Numbered from the stretch's first letter, positions 49,377 to 60,226 are shown. The stretch is DNA of 61,787 nt from Deltaproteobacteria bacterium (GCA_019237945.1 JAFAOG010000040.1:1-61787), one strand, 5' to 3'. Numbers and translations: made by a program. The notes: generated by a model from the sequence alone, not told the origin.

Positions 49377-50039
49377 ATGATCTTGATGTCGGTGTTCGGG
49401 CAGGTGGTGACGTACGTCGCGGTGGTCGGCCTGCTGCTGCCGTTCGTGCTGTACGTCGTCGCACGGTGGCGCGCGTACAAGGCGACCAGCCACGACCCGC
49501 AGCTCGGCATCAAGGTCGCGCTCGGCTACTTCATGGTGACCGCGCTGCAGGTGCTGCTCGCCGGCGGCGCGGCGCTGCTCTACGCGATCATCTCGTCGGA
49601 TGAGGACAAGGGCTCGATCTACCGCGCCGCGTTCGGCCTGATCGTGCCGGGCGCGCTCGTGTTCTTCTCGCACGCGTCGCTGCTCAAGATGACGAACCAG
49701 GAGCAGTACCCGGCGGTGCGCCGGATGCTCGCCGGCTACAACCTGCTGCTGACCGGCCTGATCGGGATGACGGCTCTCGTGGCCGCATTCGAGGCGCTGT
49801 TCCAGCGCGGCAGCTCGCACGGCTTCGGTCGCGCGGCGGCGGCGGGCGTGCTCGTCTACGGCTCCGCATGGGCGGTCACCGGCTGGCGCTTCGCGCGCAT
49901 GGTGCTCGGCGATCGCAGCGGCTCGCCGGAGAACATCGTGCCGCCCGGGCCCCCGTCGTCGCAGCCGCCAGCCGCTGCGCCGCCCGCGCAGCCCGGCTTG
50001 CCGCCGCTCGGAGGCGGAGCGTTCCCGCCGATCCGCTAG
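49377..50039 (+). CDS. Polytopic membrane protein with a Pro-rich tail
   Basis: Tail of ORF 48246..50039 starting at MILMSVFGQVV (an alternative GTG lies at 49368). Five to six hydrophobic helices. C-terminal PPGPPSSQPPAAAPPAQPGLPP. Confidence 0.7.
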   Translation: MILMSVFGQVVTYVAVVGLLLPFVLYVVARWRAYKATSHDPQLGIKVALGYFMVTALQVLLAGGAALLYAIISSDEDKGSIYRAAFGLIVPGALVFFSHASLLKMTNQEQYPAVRRMLAGYNLLLTGLIGMTALVAAFEALFQRGSSHGFGRAAAAGVLVYGSAWAVTGWRFARMVLGDRSGSPENIVPPGPPSSQPPAAAPPAQPGLPPLGGGAFPPIR

Positions 50040-50057
50040 GCGATTCCGGAACAGAGC

Positions 50058-50253
50058 TAACGCGAAAACACGAAAGCGCGAAGTTCCGGACCGGAAAGAG
50101 CAGAGCAGAGTCGGTCGGGCGGCTCGGCGTACTGGCGAAGCGCCAGTTCACCTCGCCCACTGGTTGTTGAAGACGGAACAGCTCGCCCTCGCGACGCTGC
50201 CCGAATCGGCCGGTCTCCCTTGTTGGCTTCGCGTTTTCGCGTTTTCGCGTTAA
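50058..50253. repeat. ~196-nt lower-GC element bounded by 26/27-nt inverted repeats (MITE-like or structured RNA)
   Basis: TAACGCGAAAACACGAAAGCGCGAAG (50058-50083) pairs with CTTCGCGTTTTCGCGTTTTCGCGTTAA (50227-50253), about 24/26 complementary. Internal palindromes TTCCGGACCGGAA and CTGGCGAAGCGCCAG. Lies in a convergent intergenic region. Confidence 0.5.
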
Positions 50254-50279
50254 TCAGGGTCCGAGCCCAGTGGGCAGAG

Positions 50280-51274
50280 CTACGGAGCTACGCTGATCGC
50301 GGCGGGCTCGATGTGATCGGGGATGAAGCGGCGGTCGATCAGATCGCCGAGCGGGATCTCGTGCTTCAGGATGCCGGCCTTGATCGCGTAGTGCTCGATC
50401 GCTTCCATGTCCTCGTCGGTCGGCGTGAGCTGGCGATACGACACGCGGTCGGGCGGCTGCGTCAGCACGAACTCGAGCAGCTTCTGGTCCTGGCGGTAGT
50501 ACGGCGCGGCCACCTTCGCGGCGGCGAGGCGATTGCGCTCGGCCCACTCGCCGGACTCGGCGATGCCGCGCACGAGGTCGCGCACGATCTCCGGGTGCTC
50601 GGCGATCAGCTCGTCGCGCACGACGAGCACGCACGACACGAAGTGCGGCCAGATGTCCTTCGCGTAGTAGAGGACGCGGCCAGTGCCGTCGAGCTCGGCC
50701 TTCGCCGCGAACGGCTCGCCGACGAAGTAGGCGTCGATCGCGCCGGCGGCGAGCGCGCTCGGCATGTCGGGCGGCGGCATGTCGACGAAGTTGATGTCGT
50801 CGGGCTGCATGCCCTCGTCCTCCATCAGCTTCGTGATCACGAGGTACTGGTTCGAGAACCTCGACGGGCGCGCGAACGTCTTGCCCTTGAGGTCGCGCAG
50901 CGAGCGCGCGGTCGAATTCTTCGGCACGATCACGGTCGAGCCGTCGCGGTGGCCGAGGTAGACGATGTGGATCGGCACGCCTTGCTCGCGCAGCACCATC
51001 GCGAGTGGCGCGAGGATGAACGTCGCGTCGATCTTGCGCGCCTTGAGTGCCTCGACGACGGTCGGGAACTCGGTGAAGCGCTGCGACTGAAAGCGCGTGC
51101 CGGTCGTCGTCGTCTTCGTCGCGAAGTCGGTGACCGGGCACGTGAGGTGACACGTCACCGGCAGGTAGCCGACGGCGAGCTCGGCCGCCGCGGCGGCGCG
51201 CGTCTGCCACGGCTTGAGATGCGCGACCGTGAGCACGAGGAGCGTGCCGATCGTGATGAGGGCGAGGCGGAGCT

Positions 51275-51278
<4 letters not shown>
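50280..51278 (-). CDS. ABC transporter substrate-binding protein (NitT/TauT family, nitrate/sulfonate/bicarbonate type)
   Basis: GTG start within a GTGA overlap. N-terminal anchor KLRLALITIGTLLVL. IDATFILAPLA and AIDAYFVGEPF are typical of NMT1/SsuA-like SBPs. Confidence 0.85.
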
Positions 51279-51966
<688 letters not shown>

Positions 51967-51970
<4 letters not shown>

Positions 51971-52719
51971 CGCTCGAACCCCCATCGCACCGAAGGGATC
52001 CGCGCCAGCCGCGCGAACACGAGATCGAGCGCGATGCCGATCGTGCCGATCGTGATCATGCCGCACACGACGAGGTCCATGCGTAGGCCGTTGCGAGCGT
52101 CGACGATCAAGTAGCCGAGGCCCGAGCGCACCGCGATCATCTCGGCCGCGACGACGACCATCCACGCGACTCCGATCGCGACGCGCAGCGCGGTCACGAG
52201 TTGCGGCAGGATCGCGGGCAGCGTGATGTGAAGCAGCACGCCGGCGCCGCGCAGCCCGAGGTCCTCGCCGACGCGGTAGTAGACCTTCGGCACGCTCGCC
52301 GACGCGGCCGCCGTCGCGAGCACGATCTGGAAGAACGTCGCGAGGAAGATGATGAAGATCGCCGGCGGATCGCCGACGCCGAACCAGATGATCGCGAACG
52401 GGATCCACGCGATCGGCGAGAGCGAGCGGAAGAAGTTCACCCACGGAAGCAGCGCCGCGCGCGGCCGCGCCTGCCGGCCGATCACGAGGCCGAGCGGCAC
52501 CGCCGTGACGACCGCGCCCGTGAACCCCCATGCGACGCGGAACAGCGACGCGATCGTGTCGTCGAGCAAGCGGCCGCTCGCGATCTCGTGGCCGAACGCG
52601 CGCGCGACCTCGTCGGGCGCGGGCACGGTGCCCGTCGGGAACAGCCCGGCCGCCGATGCGCCCCACCAGATCGCGAGGATCAGCAGGCCCGTGACCACCG
52701 GTAGGACAACGCGCGACAC
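51967..52719 (-). CDS. ABC transporter permease (BPD-type); start uncertain (GTG 52719 or GTG 52767)
   Basis: Six hydrophobic segments. EAA-like loop AAEMIAVRSGLGYLI. Confidence 0.8.
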
Positions 52720-52785
52720 GCGGTCGGCATCGTGACACGCCAAAGCTGACAATAGGCTGACACCCACGCCGCGTATCACCAGGAC

Positions 52786-53631
52786 ATGAACATCACCCTC
52801 CCGACCACGAAACCGTTCTCGTTCGACCAGACGTTGACGTTCATCCGCCGCTTCCCCGGCTGCCAGACGCAGGCGCGCGTCGGCGACGACGAGGTCACCG
52901 GCGCGTTCTCCGCCGGTGGCCGCGGCTGGGCGGTGACGCTGCGCGCGCCGAAAGGCGAGGTGATCGCCGAGCTGCCCGCGGGCGCCCCGAAGCAGCTCGC
53001 GCAGCGCGCGGCCGAGTGGATCGGCGCCGCCGACGACGTCGAGTCGCTCTACGAGCGCGCCGCCGGTGACAAGCCGTTTCGTCCGATCATCGCGAAGCTG
53101 CACGGCCTCCATCACGTCCGCTTCCTCGGCCTCGAGGACATCGCGGTGCACAGCGTGATGATGCAGCGCCAGTCGCCGCTCCAGACCGCGCGCATGAAGC
53201 ACAAGTTCCTCGCCGCGCTCGGCCACCCAGCGGGCGACCTCGTGGCGATGCCGGAGCTCGCGGAGCTCGCCGAGCTTTCACCCGCGCGGATCGAGAAGGC
53301 GATCGCGCACGGCGCGAAGGCGGAGCGCATCGTCTCGGTCGTCCGCGGCGTCGCGCGACTCGGAGAGGCGTTCCTGCGCACGGCGCCCTACGACGACGCG
53401 AAGCGCGCGCTGCTCGAGATCCCGGGCATCGGGCCCTTCTCGGCGACCGCGATCCTGATGCGCGGCCTCGGCCGCCACGATCAGAACCCGGTGCTCGAGA
53501 TGTTCGCCGACGAAGTCCGCAGCGTGTACGGCACCGCGTGGGACGAGGCCGCGATCACGCGGCGCTACGGCGATCAGATCGGCTACTGGACGTACTACCT
53601 GAAGGCGGGCGCCGCCCAGCTCAGGGGTTGA
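52786..53631 (+). CDS. DNA-3-methyladenine glycosylase 2 (AlkA-like, HhH-GPD) family protein
   Basis: HhH-GPD element LLEIPGIGPFSATAILMRGLG with a downstream Asp. 281 aa. Confidence 0.8.
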   Translation: MNITLPTTKPFSFDQTLTFIRRFPGCQTQARVGDDEVTGAFSAGGRGWAVTLRAPKGEVIAELPAGAPKQLAQRAAEWIGAADDVESLYERAAGDKPFRPIIAKLHGLHHVRFLGLEDIAVHSVMMQRQSPLQTARMKHKFLAALGHPAGDLVAMPELAELAELSPARIEKAIAHGAKAERIVSVVRGVARLGEAFLRTAPYDDAKRALLEIPGIGPFSATAILMRGLGRHDQNPVLEMFADEVRSVYGTAWDEAAITRRYGDQIGYWTYYLKAGAAQLRG

Positions 53632-54598
53632 GGAACTCCATCATCGACGGCGCGCTCGTCACCGTCGTCAGGCGCGGCAGCGCGAGCAGATCCTCGACCG
53701 TCGCGAGGTAGCTCGCGTGCGTGAACGCCGTGCTCGACGTCATGCCCGGCTGTTTCACGCGCGGGGACAGGATGATCATCGGCACCTTGTCGGGGTCATC
53801 GCCGTTGCGGCCCTCGGACTCGTCCCACGTGATGATGAGGACGCCGCCCGACGTGAAGCCCTCGCTCTGGAGGATCTTCGGCACCTGATGCGACATCCAC
53901 GTGTCGCTCGTCGTCAGCGCGGCGACCGGATCGTTCGCCGGATCGTGGCCGTCGCTCGTCAGGTTCGGCGTGATCCACATGTAGCGGTACTCGTTCGACG
54001 CGAGGTCGGCATCGAAGTTCGTGTAGTCGACGTTGCGATTAGCGCACACCGTCGAGCCCTGCATGTCGGTGAAGTAGAGGAACGGGTCGTGCTTCGTCGC
54101 GTAGGGGCTCGCGTCGGTCAGGTTGCACGGCGTGCCCATGCTCTCCTGATACGAGCGCCAGTTGATGTGCGCGGCCTCGAGCTGCGTGCCGAGGTTGTCC
54201 TTCATCGCGGGGAAGTACGGGATCTGGTTCGGGCCGATGTCGATGATGCCCGGGTACTGGTTGTCGCCGCTGATCATGTGCAGGTAGTTCGGCAGCGACG
54301 GATGCGCGGTGTCCTTGTAGTTCGTCGCGAGCGCGCCCATCGCGATCAGCGAGTTGATGTACGGCGCATGCGACGAGCCGACGATCTCGGCATAGTCGTG
54401 GTTCTCGAGCACGATCGTGAACACCGTCTTCTTCGACGATGTCATCGGCGCATCGTGCTGACCGTTGTTGTTGTTCCCACTGTCGCCGCCACCATGGTTG
54501 TTGTTCGGCGCATCGGGATTCATGCCGTTCGGGCCCGTGGCACTGCCGCTGCTGCACGCTGCCGTCAGTGCGATCGCGATCGTCATCATCCGCTTCAT
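53621..54598 (-). CDS. Phosphoesterase-family (AcpA/PLC-like) lipoprotein
   Basis: Lipobox LTAAC. VLENHDY...APYINSL...HPSLPNYL...DGHD resembles the phosphoesterase (PF04185-type) signature as I recall it. Confidence 0.75.
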   Translation of the reverse strand: MKRMMTIAIALTAACSSGSATGPNGMNPDAPNNNHGGGDSGNNNNGQHDAPMTSSKKTVFTIVLENHDYAEIVGSSHAPYINSLIAMGALATNYKDTAHPSLPNYLHMISGDNQYPGIIDIGPNQIPYFPAMKDNLGTQLEAAHINWRSYQESMGTPCNLTDASPYATKHDPFLYFTDMQGSTVCANRNVDYTNFDADLASNEYRYMWITPNLTSDGHDPANDPVAALTTSDTWMSHQVPKILQSEGFTSGGVLIITWDESEGRNGDDPDKVPMIILSPRVKQPGMTSSTAFTHASYLATVEDLLALPRLTTVTSAPSMMEFLNP

Positions 54599-54733
54599 GC
54601 CGGCAGTCGTACATCAGCGACACGCAGATCGAGAACGTGAAAATCGACGGAGAACCGAAACGTAACGAGGTGTTAGTGTGCACACTTCGTACGGTTCTCG
54701 GTTGTGCACGCGTCGTACAGGTAAGATCAGCGC

Positions 54734-56140
54734 GTGAAGTCCGTCGTCGCGTTGCTGCTCGCCTCTGCGTGCGGGCGGTTCGGCTTCGACGCGCAGAAGG
54801 TGGCCGGTGACGGCGCGATTTCCGACGGAGATGGCGCGGATACCGGCTCGGCCGGCTCGACGTTCACGCCGTGGTGGCACTCGGGTCCACGCCTGCGCGC
54901 GCGCCTGCTCGTCGGCGGTGGCGACCCGATCTTCTATGGATGGCACGACACCGCGCTGGCCTCGGATTGCCAGCCCACGTTAGCGAGCGACGGCGTGGAG
55001 CGGTGCATGCCGTTTCGCGCGCGCGTCGGCCCGTACTTCGCGGATGCCGCGTGCACGCAATCGCTCGCGATCGTCTACAAGGGCACGTGCGGCAGCGATA
55101 GCTACGCGTTCGACGACTCGGCGGGCTCGGTGACCGAGTATCCGATCGCCGGACTGTTCGCGGGGACGGTCTATCAGAACGTCGGTGGCTGCACGATCGC
55201 ATCGCTGCCGATCAACACCGAGGCGCACATCATCGGTGCCGCCGCGCAGCCGACACAATTTCTGGCGTCCACCTATCACCGCCAGCAAGTCGGCTCGTTC
55301 CTGCACTCGTTCAACGACTACGCCGATGGCGCGACGATCGACATCGGCAGCCTCGTGCTCGGGAACACGTCGTGCGCGCCACAGCTGACGCAGCTCGGTC
55401 CCGCGCCGTGCACCGCGGGCGCGCGTCGCGCGACGCTCGGCTACAGCGATGCCATGTGCACGAAGCCGGTGCTGATCTGGGCGCGCACGCCCTATGATCC
55501 GCCGACCGCGAGCGAGCTCGTCGTCTATCCGCCGCAGGCGTGCGACTCGGCGTACACCTACTACCAGACGATCGCGAACGTCACCGGCCCGTCGTACTAC
55601 ATCAAGCACCCCGGCTCGTGCGACATGATCCCGACGCCGGGAAACGTCGTGATGTACACGGCGACGCAGATGGCGGATCCGTCGCCGACCGGCACGATCG
55701 TCAAAGGTCCGGATCGCGGACGCATCGGCACGTTCTACTGGATCGGCCCCGATCAGGTCGGCATCGCGGTCGGCAACTTCGATCAGCAGCTCGGGCTGCC
55801 GTGCCTGCCGTTCAACGCGAGCGACGGGATGCTGCGATGTCTTCCGCAGGCCGCGGTCCGCGAGACGGCGAACGAGAACGCGAGCTGCACGGGCTCGATC
55901 GGCAACCTCGCGGGCGAGTGCTTCGGCGTGCCGCCGCTCTCCGGGCCGACGTACTCGTCGTGCATCGACAATGGTGTTCGCGTGCGTCCGCTGACCGCGT
56001 CGTTCGCGTCCGCGTCACTTTCGTACGACGGCGCATGCACGACGATCGATCTCCCGAACGGCATCGGCTACGACGCCACGTCGCTCGGGAGCGAGCTGCC
56101 GCCTTCGATGTTTCCCGCGCTCGCGGAGATGATCGAGTAG
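54734..56140 (+). CDS. Cys-rich lipoprotein, hypothetical
   Basis: GTG start. Lipobox LLASAC. Repeated C-x-P-x3-SDG-x2-RC-x-P modules (CQPTLASDGVERCMP, CLPFNASDGMLRCLP). Confidence 0.7.
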   Translation: MKSVVALLLASACGRFGFDAQKVAGDGAISDGDGADTGSAGSTFTPWWHSGPRLRARLLVGGGDPIFYGWHDTALASDCQPTLASDGVERCMPFRARVGPYFADAACTQSLAIVYKGTCGSDSYAFDDSAGSVTEYPIAGLFAGTVYQNVGGCTIASLPINTEAHIIGAAAQPTQFLASTYHRQQVGSFLHSFNDYADGATIDIGSLVLGNTSCAPQLTQLGPAPCTAGARRATLGYSDAMCTKPVLIWARTPYDPPTASELVVYPPQACDSAYTYYQTIANVTGPSYYIKHPGSCDMIPTPGNVVMYTATQMADPSPTGTIVKGPDRGRIGTFYWIGPDQVGIAVGNFDQQLGLPCLPFNASDGMLRCLPQAAVRETANENASCTGSIGNLAGECFGVPPLSGPTYSSCIDNGVRVRPLTASFASASLSYDGACTTIDLPNGIGYDATSLGSELPPSMFPALAEMIE

Positions 56141-56161
56141 CGGCGGGTGTACCGTTCGCGC

Positions 56162-56809
56162 ATGAAGAAAGTCGCGGTCCTCGGATCAGGTCAGGTCGGT
56201 GAAGTCCTCGGCAACGGATTTCTGCAGCACGGCTACGCGGTGATGCGCGCGTCGCGCGAGCCGGCGAAGCTCGCGGGCTGGAAATCCGCTGCCAAGGGCG
56301 AAGCGCACACCGGCACGTTCGCCGACGCTGCGAAGTGGGGCGACATCATCGTGCTCGCCGTCAAGGGCGCCGCCGCCGAAGCCGCGCTCGATCAGGCGGG
56401 CCTCGCGAACCTCGCGAACAAGACCGTGATCGACGCGACGAATCCGATCGCCGACGCGCCACCGCAGAACGGCGTGATCGTCTACTTCACGAATGCGAAC
56501 GAGTCGCTGATGGAGCGCTTGCAGAAGAAGGCGCCGCAGGCCAAGTTCGTCAAGGCGTTCAACTCGGTCGGCAGCGGGTTCATGGTGAACCCGAAGTTCC
56601 CGACGCCGCCGTCGATGTTCATCTGCGGCAACGACGCCGGCGCGAAGACCGAGACGACCGAGATCCTCGGCAAGTTCGGCTGGGAGACGATCGACATGGG
56701 TCCGATGGAGGCGGCTCGCCCCATCGAAGCGCTGTGTCAGCTGTGGTGTTTGCCGGGCTTTCTCCGCAACGACTGGGCGCACGCATTCAAGTACATGAAA
56801 CCCGCGTGA
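56162..56809 (+). CDS. NADPH-dependent F420 reductase-like NAD(P)-binding oxidoreductase
   Basis: Start at MKKVAVLGSGQVG (Rossmann fold). VKAFN motif. 215 aa. Confidence 0.8.
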   Translation: MKKVAVLGSGQVGEVLGNGFLQHGYAVMRASREPAKLAGWKSAAKGEAHTGTFADAAKWGDIIVLAVKGAAAEAALDQAGLANLANKTVIDATNPIADAPPQNGVIVYFTNANESLMERLQKKAPQAKFVKAFNSVGSGFMVNPKFPTPPSMFICGNDAGAKTETTEILGKFGWETIDMGPMEAARPIEALCQLWCLPGFLRNDWAHAFKYMKPA

Positions 56810-56901
56810 CGAGCGCCACGTGGCTACCCCGGTAGCCACTTCTCCTCGGCAAACCGCGCGTGTACGTTCCGCGGCCTCCACTCACGAAGGCTCAACGACA
56901 C

Positions 56902-58278
56902 ATGCGCAAGTTCTCCGCTCTTCTCCTGCTTGCCGCGGCTTGCGGCACCGACCCGACGACGCCCACCGCGAGCGGCGTGTTCCCGGCCGAGGGCTTCACC
57001 GGCCGCACGCTGCGCGTCGAGATCAGCGGCGACGCGACGACGTGGAAGGACGGCGCGACCGTCGACTTCGGCACCGGCGTCACCGTCAACGCGGTCACCG
57101 TCGCGAGCCCGACCGACCTGTTCGCCGACATCACGATCGATCCGGCGGCCGCCGAGGGCAAGAACGACGTCACCGTCAACAACGGCGGCAAGAAGTACAC
57201 GCTGACGAAGGCGTTCGAGCTCGTGTCGCCGACGCCGATCAGCTGGTCAGGCGACGTCGCGCAGGGCGGCGTCCCGTTCTTCACGATCGAGAACCTCGAC
57301 TTCTCGCACCAGTTCGACACGACGAGCGACCCGAACACCGGCGCGTTCACGAACACGACGATCATGGGCCCTCCGGGCACGGACGTCGTCCTGACGTCGG
57401 TCACGCCGTTCGAGATCCAGGGTCAGGTGTTCATCGACGTCAACGCGCCGGCCGGTACGACTCCGCTGACGCTCATGAGCGGCAAGCCGGGCGCCGTCGC
57501 CACGTCGCAGGCGGGCACGATCGACATCAAGGCGCGCTCGCCGATGCCGTTCACCGGCTCCGCGACGGTCAGCCTCGCCGAGGAGGGTAGCTCGCAGCTG
57601 TTCTCGTACTCGGCGACCGGCGCGACGCTGATCCACTACACGCTGAGTGGCAATGCCGCGAGTAGCTCGCCGGTCTCCGAGGTACTCGCCTCGGGTGGCA
57701 CCTGGACGACGACGGACGAGCTCGGCGCGAGCCCTGTCCTGCTCGAGAACGGTGGGATGGGTTACATCCTCGTCGAGAACTTCGGCACGAGCGCGGACAC
57801 CGTGACCATGTCGGGTGGCGTCGATGCGCTGACCTCCGCGCCCGAGGGCGCCGACGCGACGAACGGCAGCGCGAACGGCACGACGGTCCTCAATGCCGGC
57901 ACGCTGCCGTTCCGCCAGACGGGTGGCATGCTGTCGTCGGCGAACGATGTCGACTTCGTCAAGTTCACCGCGCCGACCGGCTCGACGGGCAAGCACCTGC
58001 ACGTGACGTCGAACCTTGGCTCGGATGCGAACACGAACTCGGTCGTCGAGGTCGACACCGGCAACCTCGGCGCGACCGTGTTCGAAGCCGCGCACGATGA
58101 CGACTCGAACTGCAGCCTCTTCGGCTGCACCAACCTCGGCGAGGACTTCGTCACCAGCGGCACTGTCACCGCCGGGTCGACGTACTGGATCAAGGTCTCG
58201 GCGAGCCCGGGCAACGGCTTTGACCCGCCGTACTCGACGTCGCACAAGGCGTATACGCTCGTCTTCTGGCTCGAGTAA
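56902..58278 (+). CDS. Lipoprotein, hypothetical (458 aa), with a C-terminal pre-peptidase/bacterial-collagenase-like beta domain
   Basis: Met15 of ORF 56860..58278. Lipobox LLLAAAC. DVDFVKFTAP...YWIKVSA resembles PPC-type domains; this is an inference. Confidence 0.7.
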   Translation: MRKFSALLLLAAACGTDPTTPTASGVFPAEGFTGRTLRVEISGDATTWKDGATVDFGTGVTVNAVTVASPTDLFADITIDPAAAEGKNDVTVNNGGKKYTLTKAFELVSPTPISWSGDVAQGGVPFFTIENLDFSHQFDTTSDPNTGAFTNTTIMGPPGTDVVLTSVTPFEIQGQVFIDVNAPAGTTPLTLMSGKPGAVATSQAGTIDIKARSPMPFTGSATVSLAEEGSSQLFSYSATGATLIHYTLSGNAASSSPVSEVLASGGTWTTTDELGASPVLLENGGMGYILVENFGTSADTVTMSGGVDALTSAPEGADATNGSANGTTVLNAGTLPFRQTGGMLSSANDVDFVKFTAPTGSTGKHLHVTSNLGSDANTNSVVEVDTGNLGATVFEAAHDDDSNCSLFGCTNLGEDFVTSGTVTAGSTYWIKVSASPGNGFDPPYSTSHKAYTLVFWLE

Positions 58279-58293
58279 TCGCGCCAAAAAAAA

Positions 58294-58317
58294 GCCCCCG
58301 GCAGCATCGCCGGGGGC
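58294..58317. terminator. Perfect 9-bp GC hairpin 16 nt after the stop codon
   Basis: GCCCCCGGC-AGCATC-GCCGGGGGC, preceded by A8. This gives a U-tract only on the minus-strand transcript. A second hairpin GACTCGCG/CGCGAGTC follows at 58319-58348. Confidence 0.5.
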
Positions 58318-58505
58318 CGACTCGCGCTCATGCGGCAACACGCGAGTCAATCGTGCAGGTTCGGGTTGGTCTCGACCTGGGGTATTGCACGTCGGTTGCC
58401 AGCCCGGCAGCGCGCGCTGGAGCACGGCGTGCGGTAGTCGCACCGTGGCGGCGTCGCGATCTCGCGATGTTGGCCGCGGCGCGGCGCTTGCTGAGAAAGC
58501 TCCGC

Positions 58506-59132
58506 ATGCGGCTTTCTCGAACTGTTGCTTTCGTCGTGCTGACGGCAGCGCCCGCCGTGGCACTTGCCGACAACGACCCCGCTCACGCGGACCCGGCCGA
58601 TGCGCCTTCACCGACGATCGCGCCGCATGTCAGCGACACGTACGGTCGTACTACGCAGTACGGCCAGCTCGGCACGGTCGAGCTCGGCGCGTCCGCGGGC
58701 CTCACGCTCGCATCGAACCTGCGCGACGTCAGCTTCTCGCCGTCGGTCGGCTACTTCGTCGGTGACACGTTCGAGATCTCCGGCCTGCTCGGTGTCACGA
58801 ACATCGCGGCCGGCAACGAATCGTCGACGGTGTTCTCGGCGCTGGTCGAGCCGTCGTTTCACTTCGCGACGAACCGCGACATGTTCGCGTTCATCGGCAT
58901 GGGTGTCGGTGGCGCGTACGTCAGTCCGCTCGGCGCCGCGCTTGCGGTGCAGCCGCGTGTCGGTTTGAATTTCCTCGTCGGTCAGTCGGGCGTTCTGACG
59001 CCGTCGCTGTCGTACGAGTACACGATGCACAACACGATGTCGGCGAGGCTGCCCGACGGCACGACCGACGTCACGCTGCTCGCGGTGTCGAGCACGCTGC
59101 GCGCGAACATCGGCTACAGCGTGATCTGGTAG
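58506..59132 (+). CDS. Small outer-membrane beta-barrel protein
   Basis: Start at MRLSRTVAFVVLTAAPAVALA (an alternative lies at 58467). Alternating strands. C-terminal RANIGYSVIW. Confidence 0.7.
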   Translation: MRLSRTVAFVVLTAAPAVALADNDPAHADPADAPSPTIAPHVSDTYGRTTQYGQLGTVELGASAGLTLASNLRDVSFSPSVGYFVGDTFEISGLLGVTNIAAGNESSTVFSALVEPSFHFATNRDMFAFIGMGVGGAYVSPLGAALAVQPRVGLNFLVGQSGVLTPSLSYEYTMHNTMSARLPDGTTDVTLLAVSSTLRANIGYSVIW

Positions 59133-59687
59133 CTAGTTGCCCCACTGCATGCCGAAGCCGGCGAGCAGGCCGGTGCCGTCATCGACGATGATCGCGCGCA
59201 CGAGGATCTCGAACTCGAAGACGCGCGACGGCGAGTCGGTGTGCATGAAGTCGTAGCCGCCGCGCAGGCCGACGAAGCCGGTCGGCAGCATGCGAACGCC
59301 GAGCACGCTGTCGTCGAGGACGGAGAGGCCGCCGCCACCTTCGACGTCGAGGTAGGTGCGGAAGTGGCCCTCGCGCTTCTGGGCGAGCGTGTGGCGCAGG
59401 CCGGCGAGCACGCGATGACCGCTGCCGTGCTGCATCGTCATCTGATCGCGATCGATCCACATCCAGTCGTACTCGCCGAACGCGCGCCAGGTCTTCGTGA
59501 TCGGATGATCGACGTCGAGGCCGAGCGTGAATGTCGTCAGCTGCTGGTCGGCGACCGGGAGCTTGCCGGCCGCGAGCCGGAAGCCGAGCAGGAGCGGCGG
59601 GCCGTTGTCGACGGGATCGCCGCCGTCGTCGTCATCGGCGTGAGCGACCGCGCAGAGCGCGAGCAGGCAGAGCAGCGTCTTCACCAT
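59133..59687 (-). CDS. Small outer-membrane beta-barrel protein
   Basis: Tail of ORF 59133..60470 from MVKTLLCLLALCAVAHA. C-terminal LLAGFGMQWGN. Its stop abuts the convergent stop at 59132. Confidence 0.7.
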   Translation of the reverse strand: MVKTLLCLLALCAVAHADDDDGGDPVDNGPPLLLGFRLAAGKLPVADQQLTTFTLGLDVDHPITKTWRAFGEYDWMWIDRDQMTMQHGSGHRVLAGLRHTLAQKREGHFRTYLDVEGGGGLSVLDDSVLGVRMLPTGFVGLRGGYDFMHTDSPSRVFEFEILVRAIIVDDGTGLLAGFGMQWGN

Positions 59688-60226
59688 CCGGCCACCACCC
59701 CGGCAGCGAAGCCCGCATCGCCCTTCGAGAACACGAGGTCGACGTCGAGGCGCACGAAGATGTCGTGGCGCCCGAAGCGCCGCACGCCGCTGCCGACGCC
59801 GACGGTGAGGTCGGGACGCTGCGAGCGCTCGTTCATCCAGCGATAGGAGGACAGGCCGGCGGCGGCGTGCAGGTACATCTCGACGCCGAGCGGATCGACG
59901 GGGATGAACTGCCGCGCGAGCCAGCGCACGCCGAGCGCGCCGCGCAGGCGACGGCCGGGCAGGGTGGTCATCTCGGTCGTGCGGAGGTCGCTCGACTCGA
60001 CGTCGCCCTCGGCGGTGTACTGCCAGCGGCCGCGGCCGTAGCCGAGCTCGAGCATCGCGCCCATGCCGCCCTCGCCGTGGCCGTCGATGCGACCGCCGTG
60101 GCCGCCGAAGCCGGCCGCGAGCGTGTGCTTGCCGAACGCCGCGAAGTACGCGTCCTCGTCGTCGTCTTCGGCGTGGGCCGGTGTGCTGATCGCCACGAAG
60201 GCGAGCGCGATGAGGATGTGACGCAC
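59681..60226 (-). CDS. Small outer-membrane beta-barrel protein
   Basis: GTG start gives (M)RHILIALAFVAISTPAHA (an alternative ATG lies at 60253). C-terminal FAAGVVAGW. 7-nt overlap with the next gene. Confidence 0.65.
   Translation of the reverse strand: MRHILIALAFVAISTPAHAEDDDEDAYFAAFGKHTLAAGFGGHGGRIDGHGEGGMGAMLELGYGRGRWQYTAEGDVESSDLRTTEMTTLPGRRLRGALGVRWLARQFIPVDPLGVEMYLHAAAGLSSYRWMNERSQRPDLTVGVGSGVRRFGRHDIFVRLDVDLVFSKGDAGFAAGVVAGW

Noticed and set aside
50058-50253. Integron attC-like site (…GCTAAC … GTTAAT…)
   Set aside because: The core sites do not fit RYYYAAC/GTTRRRY. The flanking genes are convergent rather than arranged as a co-oriented cassette array, and no integrase is present.
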